From the NCBI GenBank assembly GCA_964199315.1, contig OZ116698.1, forward strand, positions 44,392,001 through 44,456,000: DNA of 64,000 nt, in the 5' to 3' direction. A program made the position numbers and the translations under genes. The stretch is from Orbicella franksi (Eukaryota). The notes below the pieces were generated by a model. The model was given only the letters and a program-made list of their open reading frames with translations. It made no database searches and was not told where the DNA came from. The first letter of the stretch is position 1; each line of letters begins with the position of its first letter. Positions 34,501-48,884 of the stretch are shown piece by piece.

Positions 34501-37500
34501 CCAACAGAGGTTATAGGAGGTCTCTGTGGTTGCAAGCATTTGCATCCTTGTAGGGTCTACCCCCAACAAAGATGGCGTTGGAAATAATGACACTCAGTTT
34601 TCCCTTCCTAAAGAGAAGCTTAGTAAGGAAAAAACCTCATCAAATGCCAGACTAATTCTTCGAAAGGCGGTATTCAATAAATCTGCCTGACTTACGAGAC
34701 CTAGGATGAATGTGGCTTATATGAGCTTTCCTAATTACGTGCGCATCATTCTTATGACATTATTTTAATTAATAAAGTTTTATTATTGGTTTTTTGCACG
34801 CTTCATGTCACTTTGTTTGTGCGACTTCACATGGTGATTTGACTTCAAATTATATACAACCCAGCAGGGCTGCTGAGGCTTTTGATATCGGTATTTATCT
34901 CACGCATAACTTGGCTCAGAAGAACAGAACAAAACTTTCACCTTCATATCGACTTACAGTCAGTCAAATATAAACAACTTTCATTTGAGACAATGTTTAA
35001 CGAACCGTTGTTTACTTCGGCTCCCTTAGGTCAAAAGAAATCTTGCTAGTTGCATACCGGTTTTGATATCTTTAACCCAGATGCAGGAATACAAATAATT
35101 AGTAAAGGAATATTTGGCATTTCTGTGGTTCTCTGCGCGCCTTCATATTAAATGTTCATCAGCAGTAACAACTGTTAAACGCTAATTTAAGATGGATCTA
35201 TTAAGTAATCAAACAAACACTAATGGTTTTCACTTCATGTGCGGTATACTGTTGACTGTAAAGCAAAATATTGAAATTCAAGACGCGCTTCAGCAGACAT
35301 GAACTGGAAACATGTTTCTGTTTCTTGGCAAAGTAACAATTTGCTGTAGCGTCAAACGTGGAAGGCTTAGACCTTCACAATTTCTTTGAATATGCTAAAT
35401 TTAGAGTCACGATCTCAAAAATGTTAAGTTAAAATGAAGTTTGTTTAAGATTTTATCGGGTCCGGCAGTCAAAGTACGAATTCTTTTTCATCATATTCCA
35501 TTTAATTCATTCTGTCAACAAAATAAAGAGAACGCAATGGAAATCGATGTAATGTGGTCTTTGCACGAAGAAATTTCCACAACTCTACCGACTCCTGGGC
35601 GCATCGTTAATGTACATGGCTCAATGGCGAGCAGATAAGGAGTTTATGCCTCAAGTAAAGTTGTGGATGTTTTTAAGGGTGCTTAGGATAATGCAGTAGG
35701 AATCGTATTGGATACGCTGTTTTCACAGCTTTGCTTACCAGTTTATAGAAGCCACAGACAAGGCTGGAATCCTCACCGGCCTAAAGGATTATCCTGCTTC
35801 TTGACTGAACAATCCGGTTTTCTCCTAGGACTGAAAGAAAACGAGAGCGCACTCATCAGCGTTATTGTCTCCTCGAGCTCACAGATCAATGAAGGCAGTT
35901 GGCGCGCAGTGCATCTGATATGAAGAAATTTGATAGTCTGCCCGCGATTAGCTGATACTCGTCGTTTTATCCATGCATACTTTTACTTTGTTGGATCAAT
36001 CTCGTTTCCTTGAGTGTTGTCGGATTAATCTTTCGGCCAGCTTTTAATTTTGGGTTGAAGATTGAATATGTCGATGCACGCATGAAATGGCATCAATGTA
36101 TCGGCGCTTGGGAACACAACCGATATTGAACAAGTGCTGCGCATTCGGTCGAGAAAACCCGTATAAAATTGATTCATCTGTTACCCACGCCAAATATTAT
36201 CATTGCATGCCGGATGCGATAAAGAACTGAGATCAAACGCCGAGTAGGCGAAGGGTGATGTCATCTCAAGTTTTTGAAATGTTCTGATTCGCTTCTGATA
36301 CAAACCTTACGTCAGGGAATGTGTCATTTGGCAAAAACGTATGTAGCAGCGTTGCGCAATCAGACATTTACGGGCCATAGAATCTTCGTTAAAAGTCCAC
36401 CGGCTAGCAATACGCATATAAATGTCGCGAATATTTTCAACGAACAATCCATTGATACGGAACTGCCATTCAAGCTGTCCTCTTCAAATATTTCTTTTTA
36501 TCAAGATTAGCTCAAATGTTTACGTTGTGTCACAGAACTCAAATTTCAAGGATTGGCGGAATAGCGCACGCTTAACCTCAGCCATCACGCAAACCCACGC
36601 GATGAGTAACTCCATTGCCTTGCACGATCTTTAGCAATATACAGTGCTTGGTGGTTTTAGGTATTATTTCAGTTGGGTAGTATTACGATGGGCTAGTGAG
36701 CTTTGAAGGCTAAGCATTGTTCTGGGTTTAAAAGATTGTTTTCTTTGTAGTTTATTTTGGGCTAACGGTTTGACACTTTCAAGATTAACGGAACTTAAGG
36801 CCGGATGAAACAAGAACACGGAGTAAATTAAGTTACAACATGGAATAAGAGTTGTTCAATCGAGAACAAAAACAAGTCATAAAAAATCCTTAAATTTAAG
36901 TGAACAAAACGAGCGCTGAAAGAACTGCGTTGAGGTTATTTCGAAGACTGAGGGATGTAATGTGAAAAAAAGTGGATACAAATATGACCATTTCTAATAC
37001 AAACGACAATTGATGGGCTCAACAGAAACAAAGGACCACTCGCGAATCTACAAGTATGTTAACTTTGTTAGTACATTAGAAGTATAAATTACCAGTTTTC
37101 GATTTGCACTGTATTCTTGTTTACGCGCCGAGTCTTGAATCAGTGGTTTTTCCCATATTTTTGCTGAATCTAAAGACTCGCGAAAGGAATGAAACCAAGA
37201 CAACCTCGTTACCAGGTTGAGGATTCTGGCTGGGAAAACAGTTATTACATTTTTGCGGAGTATTATTTTTTGAAATATGACAAACTTTCAAAAGCTAAAA
37301 GTGTCCGGCCCCCGCAAAAATTTGATAGTGACGGACATGATCAATGCCAGGCGACACTTGCATGAGTGCAAAAACATGAGGACTTTGTCTGAAATTCATG
37401 TAAAGGTCTTAAAAGCAAATGGTAGCTGCTAAAGACTACTAAAATAAAACCTCAAAGCAAGTTGAGTTTCTATTCCTACAGAATTTCAAAATCCTCTTGA

Positions 37501-40500
37501 AAAAATTCCGGACTTTGTTTATGTAGCGAACTTTCACATGCTACAAAATGTCCACCTGGATAGGTATATCAGATTAAAACAAACGTTGGTAGCAAAAAGA
37601 AGCTTTCATGTCGACGGTTATTCAGTGAGATTGCTCGGACAGACTCAGTCAATGATATGGGTCTACTCAACAGTGAAATTTTAGAGAAGTTGTTTTTCAG
37701 TCCATGTGTTATACAACTAACTGCTAGCATAACTCTGGTTGAAGGGGATATTTTTTTAGTCTGCCGGGATGTGTCTAGTAGGTTCTATGACCTAAATTTA
37801 GAATGCATGTATCAGGATCAGCGAAGCAATATACCAAAGTTAAGGACTTTTTGAGAGTCAGATGACCTGAGTAATACCTTTCAAAAGTTTAGCTGCGCCT
37901 TCTTCTCACAACTAACTTGAAAATATTTGGAACACGGTACAATCTTGAGTCACAAGACCTATCCTATTTAGATCCTTTCCAAGCCCGATTTTAGTGAATT
38001 TGAATTACTCATTTACAGCCCCGTATACGCATTTACAGTTCAAGTGGTCCCTTGTTGTCCTCTCAGTAGAAACTTCTTCATATCAAGAGGATTAGATGGA
38101 ATGACCAAATACAAGCAATAGCTGGCCAATGGCAGCTAACAAACACAGTTGCCTAGACAATAATTCAAGAAGATTCCGATATTACTGTTGTTTTCCGGCG
38201 ACTAAAGATTTGCTCACACCCCGAGACGTGTAAACAGCATCATAGCAACCAATCTAACTTACCATTATTGAGCTTTAGGCTACATTTTGACGAAAGCCCC
38301 TTCCTTTACAAAACATAGTCTCAGTGCCAGGCTTGAACATCACTTCTTCTTACCAAATACAAAACTTTTATTTTAGTTTGTTCTGAGAGTTAAGCTGTAC
38401 ATCAAGACAATCAAGTCATGATTGACCATCGCAGCTGGTAATTTCGTTTATTTTTGTTACCCGTCTGTTTGACAAATCACAAATTGAGAGAATCTAGATG
38501 TCCATTGCTTACGCCTGGAAGTCCATTAAATTGTGTGTCAGATATAGTCATGCATACATGTGTGCCCTTGTGAATAACGATTTCAGTAAAAAGACTGTCT
38601 TGATTCATAAGTCCTCGTGTACCTTTTATGCTTTTGTAACAGCTAACCCACTGTACTGAGTTATCCGTTCTCAATATGCAGGAACAAGAAAGCCTATGAT
38701 TGACTTGGAAATGTATAGGAAATCAGGAACACCATAGCTTCAATGGAGCTCCATTGAAATTGTTATTGAACACAACAATGAGCTAAGTCAAAGTGAGAAT
38801 TGCATCCATTCCGTTCAATCAAGCGAAATACGTTTTCTGGTTTAGAATGGAATGTGAGAGGTGGACAAGCCTGGAAGAGGTCCAGACTGAATTTGTTTAA
38901 CTACATTTGTCCGAAATTGCCGAAAAGAGAGAAACCGATGATACTTTCACTGAAGTATTTCAAACTTACCATCATAAAACGTTTGCTGCGATGAAAGCGC
39001 TGATTTGTGACGAGTTTAGGGAAAAATGTCTAGCACATCTTACACTCTCTCTCTCTCTCTATGGAAGCGACAGGGCGTCTGGCCGCTTTGCGTGCAAGAT
39101 AACTGAACTTGAGGGAAACGTGGTTAATGATAGTGGCCTGATATCAAATACTTTCTGCTCGTGTACAGGACATGAGATAGTCTGATGATCTGCTTAAGCC
39201 AGATTTTTCTCGACCCATTTGACCTCAATTAAGAGAAATATAAGCAAATGACGATTTTTAACGATTTCCTTTTTGTCTACATGGAGACACGTACTGCATG
39301 TGTGGAAAAATTTGCCCGTGCAGATATCTGGTCTTTCAGAGTAGAAGTCGTCCGAAAAAGTGTCATTGAGTCCAGTCAAGGCTAGTAATACCAGTATTTG
39401 TTCATTTTTTAGAATGTTCAAGACATATAATCGCTTAATATATACTGAAAGAAGTCAAGAGTCTAATTATCATTTCTAAAGAGTTCCTTTACTTTTTTGT
39501 TTGTCATTATCTAACCAATCAGCTTTATCTCATTCAACTATAGAGCCATATCACAGTGACAGCTATTTGCTGCCTGAACTTGGTCAAGCTGGTTAAGGTA
39601 ATCAGACCGCCAATTGGAAATTGGATATGTGATGCATTTGCAGCTTAAACAAACCATAAAATTAAAAATACGTCTGTACTCGCTTATATCACTTACTGAA
39701 AGATACTACACACCTTTAAGTTTAGCTGGCGTCAATATGAGTTGTTATTTTTGTCGATAGATTACTTATATATTGCAGGACTCTTTGAAGCTATTTTCGC
39801 TAAATTATCCAACATCATTGAAGTGATGATATCGATCCACATCAAGGTATTTTATCAGTTTCTATCTTTTTAACGTTGGCTAATGCCGCTTATCTGCACA
39901 GCTTACAAATATGGCCAAGTCCATGATATTTACTGAAAAAGTTTGCTTTTCTAATATAGTTAATCGAACTTACAATTTAAAAATATTTTTGCTAAACTGG
40001 ATGTGAATTATTCAATGCATTGAAAATAACCCGTCATAATCATTTCGGTGATACCAGCGCAATATTTTTTAAAACAGCTTCAAACATGCAAGAAATTCTG
40101 GAAAATTCTCCTTCTTCGTTTAGTAAGCATGTGGCAATACTGGGTAACGCAGCTTCACATTGTCTGAGATATTTCAGGCCTTTAATTCCTATTCAGTTGT
40201 CCTCTTATAACAACTAGAATCATAGGCTCGATTTCCGCCGCTTTCTCGAGTCCGGTCTACGTTCCTCCCCGAGAAGAGACGGCTGGATGCGTGAGCAGCA
40301 AAGCATGACTGTGACGTAAATTCACAATTAAATTCTTGCGGCGCTTCAGGTGGCCGAAAATGTCATCCGATGACAATCATAAGCAGGCCCACATGACGCC
40401 TACGGCTCGTAAAATTTGTGGCGTTTTCGCCACTTCTTCATTTAATTTTGGCCTTCCGACCTATTTTGTTTCACATTATTGTTGCGGAAGGGCATAACAT

Positions 40501-43198
40501 GCTGTGTTTTATAGAAGACTAAAAAAAAGTAGAGCAGAGCTGTTCGACTATGGTGTAGCAACTGTCATGTCAAAGGTCACACATAAGTCGTATGGTGTGT
40601 ATGGTGTTGACACCATGTTTATGTTTTGCTAGTTCGGTTTGCTTTGGCTCATTTAAAAATTTATTTTTGAGTGGCTTCGCCAGAGACTGGTGCCGCTTTC
40701 CGTCAAGAAGACCACCGTACACATCAATTTGACTGAGTGCTTTGTTTCTTGAGATCGATGTTTGCGTTTATCCCTCTCTTTGTTGACTTTGTTCGTTATC
40801 TGACATTCTGGCTCCACATAATTCAAAAACAGATTCTAGTCTGCTGACTATTTTGCGTGTGTATATGCCACTATGGTTTAGATCAGGCAAGATTTCATCA
40901 GTTGACACGGCATTTGGTTAAATGTCCCACTAATGCGATCGCGCTTTATATCGCACAACTTCTTTGCTACTGCGACTAATTTATGCAGCCTGCTCGATTC
41001 AGGCAGGCAGATTTCTTATTGGTTGAAATTAACAATGCCAAGTCCACGAGTCCAGCCGTGAGTTCGGGGGAGGAGCGCGGGCTCCTTTCCCGAACAGCGG
41101 CTGGTAATCGAGTCTACTAGAATCATTGGCCTTACTAGAAATCTAAGCAAAAATAACAGTTCAATTAACTATTCTGTTGCTTATAAACAGCTAGAGCCCA
41201 TGCCTGCTAAAAATTGACAGTCAAATTTTCACTACTAATTTTGAAAACTGAGAAACCGACAGATTCACATGGAACAGAACTTCAAAACACCGGATAAGGC
41301 ATACGTAAAGGTTTAATCCATTTAGAGCTATCTTGTGCAGAATGATAAACAGTATTACGAGAAAGTACTGCTCGATAGCTTTTATTCGGAGCATTGCATA
41401 TATCATTGCTTCGTTGACTTGAGACCGACAATCCAATCAGAATTAAAGTTCCCTTCAACATGACGTCCTTGTACAAGTCCATAGCCCAGACTAAGCAGTT
41501 ACGATTATGAAGGTCACCTTTGTTGCTCGCTGGTTTGAGCAGACGGAGAGAGGTTGAGGTTAATGATCGACCAACTGAAAGAAATGACTCGAAGAATTCC
41601 TGCGCAAAAGATGTCATTTGAAGCAACACGACTGACGAGAGGAGGTAGAATAAAAAGGGCTGAAGTTGAAAAACGAGGGAGTTAATGCAGTCTGTTACTA
41701 GCCTGATGCAAGAGATGGGAATGTGAAGAAGGCACTTTTTTACAAAAAGAAGAAAAAGAAAAACGTCACAAGTTACATAGGGTCATGAGCTCAATTCTTG
41801 TTCAAGACCTCAAAATATTTCCCACCCTTCTATTTTACAAAACTGCTTGTCTAAATCTATTTATAATTACAAAGATCATTTTCATCAAAATGTCACTGTT
41901 AAAAGAATTACAGCACATACTAAGAATAATGACTACGTAGTAAATAGATAGGGAACAGAGAGAATGAGTTTATACCTCGTTAGAGGCTCATGTGGAGCGA
42001 ACGTACTGTGAATGGGGTAAAATGGAAAGCATACATCAGTTTTGTGGCTTTGTACGGCAGCTCGTGCTTAAAGGACGATCGAGGAGTGTAAATCAAGGTT
42101 GTACAACCACGCCGTCTGATTAAAATGTAGAACTGATACGATAATGATAATCGTAAAACAAATGTGAAAGTGAGAAGTGCTTTGGAAAAATGTGCCAGAG
42201 CTAAAGAGATCTTCAAATCTACCATCCCACGCGGAAATAGTTCTGTCGCCGGGTTAATTTAGAAACCTATCACGTAAACTTGCGGTAAAGGGTTAAAATC
42301 CATCTGGGAGATAAAATCTTTCCTGGCATGTTTGCTGAAATCATTCAGTGATAAATAGAGACACGTTTATTTTAACTGCATTTGAACTCACAACCTGTAG
42401 CTGAAATGTCAGTATCCGTAACACTGACTGCAGAGATCAATGGCTGAGTTTGTGGAGCTTTTCTTTTTATGATATAAGTAATATCACGTGCAAAAGTCGA
42501 TGATTGTTAAACAAGGTTTTAATACACCTTCGGAGGGTCATCTGGGCGCCATAGCCTGCCAAAACGATTCTTTTCACTGATTAAATTTTATGCTTATGCA
42601 ATTTTGCCACAATGAAACTTACCTTCTTTCCCACATTCATTTAAATGAGTCATTGTTTAGTGCCCTCATCAATCGTGACTTCAAATTCAGACATAAGTAA
42701 ATAAGAAGCTATTACAGAGGTAATTGCATGACTCAAAATTCTTACTTTGTTGGAAAACACGTATATGTATACAGAGCTAAAGGTTTAGATATTTGGCTTT
42801 ACCTTTTAACTTGTAACTACATAAAGTCATAGTATAGAGTTTTAATCACCATTCATCCGCTAGTAAACTAATTCCCGAGGGTTACCGGTATTTATTTGTA
42901 ACCCTGACTCTGGATTTTATTTTTTTTACCTCCAACATCAACGTCGGTGATCGCAAAAGATCAAACTAAGCTAAATTCGGACGAAGGGCGGCGATCTTAA
43001 TCAAGAATTTTAACGAACGGTGTCCGTTTGATCCGGTTAGTTATATGACATGGTTTCGGCCCAAAAGCAACCTTTATCGTGTTATCTTGAGTTTTGCGTG
43101 CTGGATCTTATCTAAGAACGTACTTTACGATGAGCATTTTCACGATTCAGTAATTTATAGCCTAATAAGGGCTCTATAAATCGAAAGATTTCTGTTTT

Positions 43199-43585
43199 CA
43201 GGGGCACCCAACGGATCGTTTCGGTAAATTATCTGTTCGGAAGGCCTTTAATCCCCTCTGATTTTCTTGAGAGAATTGGCACCTCGAACTTTCGTGATAT
43301 GAGAAATTTAATGTCTGTTGTTTTCAGACTGTTGAAAATGTCGTTTTGGGTACCGAAAAAAGGTCAGCTATCATTTTCGTAAAGGCGATAAGACCTAAGG
43401 TTTTCGGGAAATGGACAAAAAAGCCCTAATAAATTCGAGAATACTCAAGTTCCCCTAGAATATCCGAACAGATAAAATTTTTTTAGTGCAACCTAAAATT
43501 AACCTACAGAGCTTTAAAAGTACTCCAGATAGCCTAAAACAGCGTCTAACAGCATTCGAGAGAAAACGGTCGTTGGGTGCCCCTA
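43199..43585. mobile_element. Non-autonomous DNA transposon, hAT-like
   Basis: 14-bp TIR AGGGGCACCCAACG / CGTTGGGTGCCCCT; both flanks share TGTTTT (possible decayed 8-bp TSD). Confidence 0.7.
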
Positions 43586-44428
43586 TGTTTTTCACCAGAC
43601 GAGAGAAGAGACCTAGACACAGTAAAGTATCATTTAGCTGCCCTTCAGCTCAATGGTCAAGGGCATAACTTCAAAGAATACATTATGTTCGTGTTTTGCC
43701 GATAATGCCACGGTGTATTTTTTGTTACCTCAGGCAATCTATGGAAAGTCGTTTTTTTTTCCATAAACATGCTTTATCACCGGAAATTTCTTATTTCACC
43801 AACTCTACGTTTCGACAGAAATAGTTTCCACCTAAAGAAAGCGTTTGATGAAAAGTATACTTCAGAAATAGAGACCCATACATATTCGCCAGGTGTAAAG
43901 TGTCCATCTTAAAGAAACGTGTTTATTTTTAATCGCTATCCATGGTTACCAAAACCGAGTGTCAACTCCAATATTCTCTCTTGGTCTTTGCCCTTTCATG
44001 GTTTTGTGGTTGGGCATACAAGTCGGTTAATAAGCTTAAAGGGTGGCATCTTATCGGTCTTTATCAGCCGGAAATTCCAACCACTTTAACTACTTCAAAT
44101 GTTAAAACTAAGTATCGTAACTGCAAAATTCCGTAATGAAAAATTCTTCCACAAAAAAAAAAAGAACTACAGTTTTGAAAATTGTAAAAAATAGTGTTTG
44201 AAATACTTGCATACACCGCTATGACCACGTCCTAACTTAATAAACCCTAAGGCATGTAATATGATCGTAAGTTTGTAAGTATTATGGGACTGACATCTGT
44301 GTGAAGAAAATGCAGGTAATAAAGTAAATTGTCCGCCCCATGGAATAGAGTATTTTTGGACTTTACTTACAGATGTTACAAGTATGAAGAAACCAGATCT
44401 TATATACTTGTCCACACCTACTGTCACC

Positions 44429-44590
44429 TACAATCTTGGACAGAATAAAATGGAACAATTATCCCCCATCCCCCCCCCCCCCCCCAAAGCAATGGTGAAG
44501 GCGCGAAGGAGCAAAAGCGCGCCATTTTGGCATCATTGAAATGGGGGGAGCGGTGGTCCAGATGTTCCATTTATTTTGTCCAAGATTGTA
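44429..44590. mobile_element. MITE with ~28-bp TIRs and TA TSD (Tc1/mariner-like)
   Basis: TA|CAATCTTGGACAGAATAAAATGGAACA ... TGTTCCATTTATTTTGTCCAAGATTG|TA. Confidence 0.85.
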
Positions 44591-47500
44591 GCTGACTTAT
44601 CCTATGTCATTATCCTATGTCATGGATAAATCGTTATCGTAGTCCTAGAAATAACGAACGACCGAGCAAACAAACAATAAAAAGATCCAGCATGCATGCG
44701 AATACTGAATTAAACGGAGCGTAAATCAAGTGCAACCGAAATGTGGTATAACAAAAACTCATTTGCCTAGTACATGTACTAAAAATTCATCCGGATAAAA
44801 AAAAAAATAACAAGGTTAAATTCACGTCGTGATTTTATGGTGTTTTCCTTTGTTTCTCGCGTCCTGTACTTTAAGAAGAAATATTGTCTGAATGGACATT
44901 TTAATTTGAACTGATCAAAATAAAGAGAGGTGTTGAACGTTGTATTTAAGTAACAGTTGCACACTGCCATGTAGCTGTACATATGTGCAATGCTTGTGAA
45001 TGGATGACTTGATAAAGCTAAGTTTCGAAAAACATTGAGCACCCAACTCGTCCTTCCCTCCCCTGAGAAAAGGAATGATGAGATATTGTTCACGCCCACC
45101 CACCTACTTCCTACAATTTCAAATTTTGGATTTTTCAATATGCCAACTGGGTCGTATCAGAACGTACATAGCTTCCTGAAGTCTCAATTTGTAAGGCCTA
45201 AGCTATTTGAGACTCTGGCTAAGGACATGCTAATCTCAGTTTTGATTTTAAAGTTGGATCAATTTGCCGTGTGGCATTTTTCACAAGAATGATGTGGTCT
45301 AGATAAGATTTGTCAGTTACGAATTTTGATACCGTTGGCAGCTTAGATTTTGGTTTGTTTGAGATAACGATTTTTGATTGTGGTCAGTTAAGATTTGTAA
45401 CTTGATCAGAAACTGGAGTGCGTCTGCTAATGAGAGAAATATATTGTAAACAAACATTTCTCTATAAAAGATATACGACAAAAATCAAATCAAAAGGGCA
45501 GAGTCCTGCACAGTAGTGATGGCCAGCTTTTTCCATCTCAGTGTTTGTAACTTTGTAACAACGGCAATTTGCTGAGAATGCGTTTTGTTGAAAGACTCCC
45601 TGGAAGATAATTGTAGCCTACAAACATAGCAAATATTCGGAACAGAGCGTTATTGTTAAACCAAGGTAGGGTGAGGTATGCATATTATCTACTCGCCTTC
45701 TTTCTTTTGTTTCAAAATATATACTCACCTTGGGATGAACTTAACGCCCTTGCCTTTTAAGTGCGGTTTCCAAACGATTGCTAATACATTAATAGCTATA
45801 ACTTTCGTAAAATACCGCCATTTATTTCATGATCATTGAATGGCCGTAAGCAGTCTGTCTCCATCTCTGTTCGTGGTGATGGTCTTCTGGCGCCAAAAAG
45901 AACAATTAAACTGTTGAATTCTGTACAAACATTCTAATAACGCCTCCGAGCAATTAATTTCACAAAATTGAATAAACATAGTGGCGGCTTGCCTCCCCTC
46001 AGTGTTAAGATAATGACTTGATTAATTCAAAGGACTAAAATTCACGCAATGTGAGCGAGCCTGCCAGAACTGCTCAGCTCCTGAAGGCTGCAACTATCGG
46101 ACATTCAAAAAAAATTCCATAATTCTTTGAAACATCTTTACTCGTTTTAAAATCAGCAAAGCCACCATCAAACTAGCTGAATCCTACACAGCATCGATAC
46201 TCTCCTACATGTGTCTTATTGGCTACGATCTTCTTTGGGAGAATTTAGCTCTTGGGTGAACGTGTCCGCTGTCGAGTGAAACCAAACAATAATGCAATCG
46301 GCGTTCGACTTTCGATCGGGTAAGTATATTGAATTATTCATCTTTCAACAATGGGATATTGAAGAGAAGAATAAGATCAAATGTCCACTGATAAATTCAT
46401 TAATTTGTTATTGAACGGAACAGTGGTTTTCTCTGCAGGCTATTACACTGAAATACTTCCAATTCGCTAAACGAGAAAACAAAGCCAGATAAGAGCCGCA
46501 GTTAAAACTAAGCACAAAAATGTATTATTCTGTTTTACAACAATCAGGGAGTCTCATCATCAAACCCTCTTTTTCACTAACTTGGAAATAACTTTCTGCT
46601 CGGTGGAGAATCACAGCTTGACGACCTTGCATTGCCGCCCAAAAAAGAATTGGTCAGGTGGTTGTTTCCTCATCCTTCAAATAATCTGTTCAAGTTTATC
46701 ATTCAAACTCATTTAGATTTTGCTACAATGATATCTATTTACATAAAAACGCCCACCATCGAGACCCACTTGCTTTTGTTTTAATTCAAATCATGTTTTC
46801 ACGTGTTTTGACCATTTGACGTCCCCTATTGATTGATTAATTAATTAATTGAGAAATTACGCCACACGTTGTACGTATATGAATGTGTACTTACAGACCT
46901 CCTTATATAGTTGATCGGAATCATAATAAGTAAGTTTCGTCATTTCATTGCTTTCGCTGACTACGAAGGTGACTGCTGCATTTTTTTTTTTAATAAAAAC
47001 CTTAGGGAAGAAGCTTACCATCGTAGATATTTGCATAGTTTACAGACACCGCAGCGATGATGAACCGCAGCGGAAGGGTGGGTACGAACTGACCTCCTAC
47101 GCATACCAGTGGTGTAAAGGCTAAATTTTCGAACTTTACGATAATATTAAAGGTTTTGCTGTTCACATCGTTTTTTGCTGTTTTTTGAGTTCACAAAGAC
47201 TTTCAGCTAAGGGCAGAAAGCAATAAGTTCCGCGATAACCTAAACAGTTCTTTGTTCGAAAACCAACCAAACACATGCTTGTTATAGGCGCCAGTCCGAC
47301 TGCCTTTTCACCTTAGGTTAAGAAATTATAATTATAGGGCTGACTTCCGTTACAGAGGTAACTACCTGAATGCATAGTCAGCTGGGCATCCATGATATTT
47401 ATAGACTATTATATAATTTACACAAAGCCGACATTCCCTTCAAAGTAAACAAACACTTACATTGTCCCTGATATGACACGACAATGATTTATCAAAGGCC

Positions 47501-48701
47501 CGTACATGTATTAGTTTTTATGGAGTAAAACTTCCATTTCAGTCAAATGTAACATTTTTTTAACAAAGGAAGAGGGTAAATCTTGTTCAGTTTGTTTCAT
47601 GAATTAGAGATCCAATTTTCTAGTTGGAATGCGACGTATGACTGAGAATGGTGCAAAACAGCTTTCCTGAAAATGACCGCTAGGCAATGTGTTCTAAACT
47701 CCATTGTTCTTAGTTGGGTTATTTATCAAACTACTTCCATCTAACGCCGGTTCTTATTGCTATTACCGGTACTTGTTACAATCCCTAGAATACTATTTTT
47801 AGTTTCCTAGAAGAAAATGGCGTATTGACTTAACTGAAAGATAAACACAGCTCTTCGCTTACTGCATTTTTAGGGGTGGTGTAACGTGGTGGTTGGAACA
47901 GAGACTCGACGATATCGAGACTTCGAGTGCGGTTACGGAGAAATCCCAAAATGAAGCTACGCTTTCGATTATAACGACCAAAATTATGATGGAAAAATTT
48001 TAGCCGAGCCGCTTAACCTGTGTTTGCAGGAGAGTGAAACACTTGAGGCAGCTCTTAACACTTTATATTTACATGCAGTTACCATTTAGCCCACAAGTAA
48101 TCCGAGATGAAATAAAAGAATGTTTCCAGTAAAGAGCCTGTCCGAGAGCCTTACAGGTTGTTAGTTAACAAACCTTACCTGTAAGCTGCAACTGTGTCCG
48201 TTTGCGTTGGCAGCGTTCGCCACTAAAATGTAAATTGAGCAAAAAAAAAGATATGTTACAAGCAGGGCCAATACAGAAGAAGTTATTATTGCTGAACAAT
48301 CAACTACGCTAGCCAATTTAATTTAATTTATGAATGTCGGAAATTTTTTAACTTGATATTTCTGTGTGCTTTCTTTTTATGAGCGTTTGCGCATTAAAGA
48401 TATTTGTATACCGTACGCGACAAGCAGTTTAGAGGCCAGAACATATGACTCATTGCTCTATCAAAAGAATTTGTGGTTCTCCATGGCAAGTTGCATTAAA
48501 TTGCCCTCCGGGCTTAAGACGTTTAGGAAACAAATATTTCAACGTGCCTCGCGTAACTTAAAATAACATTATTTAGTATAGTTCTATTTTAACACACTGA
48601 TACAGATGCCGTGATTTGATTGGATGAGCTATTGGCCAACAGACTAAAGGAAGGACATTCACGTGCCGCGACCGTGGCGTTACGCGACTTTAAAACCTGA
48701 A

Positions 48702-48884
48702 AATGTGAGCGTTTTAAGATGACCTCAACGCAGCCATGTTAGTGTTCCAAAACAAAGAAAAGGTGGCCATGTTGGTGTACCAAACCAATCCTGTGGGAGT
48801 TGAACTCTTTTCTTATGTAAACACTTTCTTTTGTTCCATTAAATCTGCATGGGTACTGGCCACGGGAGTGAAAACGTTCTATTG
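48702..48884. mobile_element. Short MITE-like dispersed repeat (AGCGTTTT...AAAACGTTCTAT ends)
   Basis: Imperfect terminal palindrome, and an interior (GCCATGTTGGTG..CCAAACCAATCCTGTGGGAGTTGAACTC) I recognise as a very abundant coral repeat. Confidence 0.6.

Noticed and set aside
35750-36620. Mitochondrial insertion (NUMT), suggested by in-frame TGA codons
   Set aside because: The peptides resemble no mitochondrial protein, TAA stops and frameshifts also occur, and the base skew is not mitochondrial.
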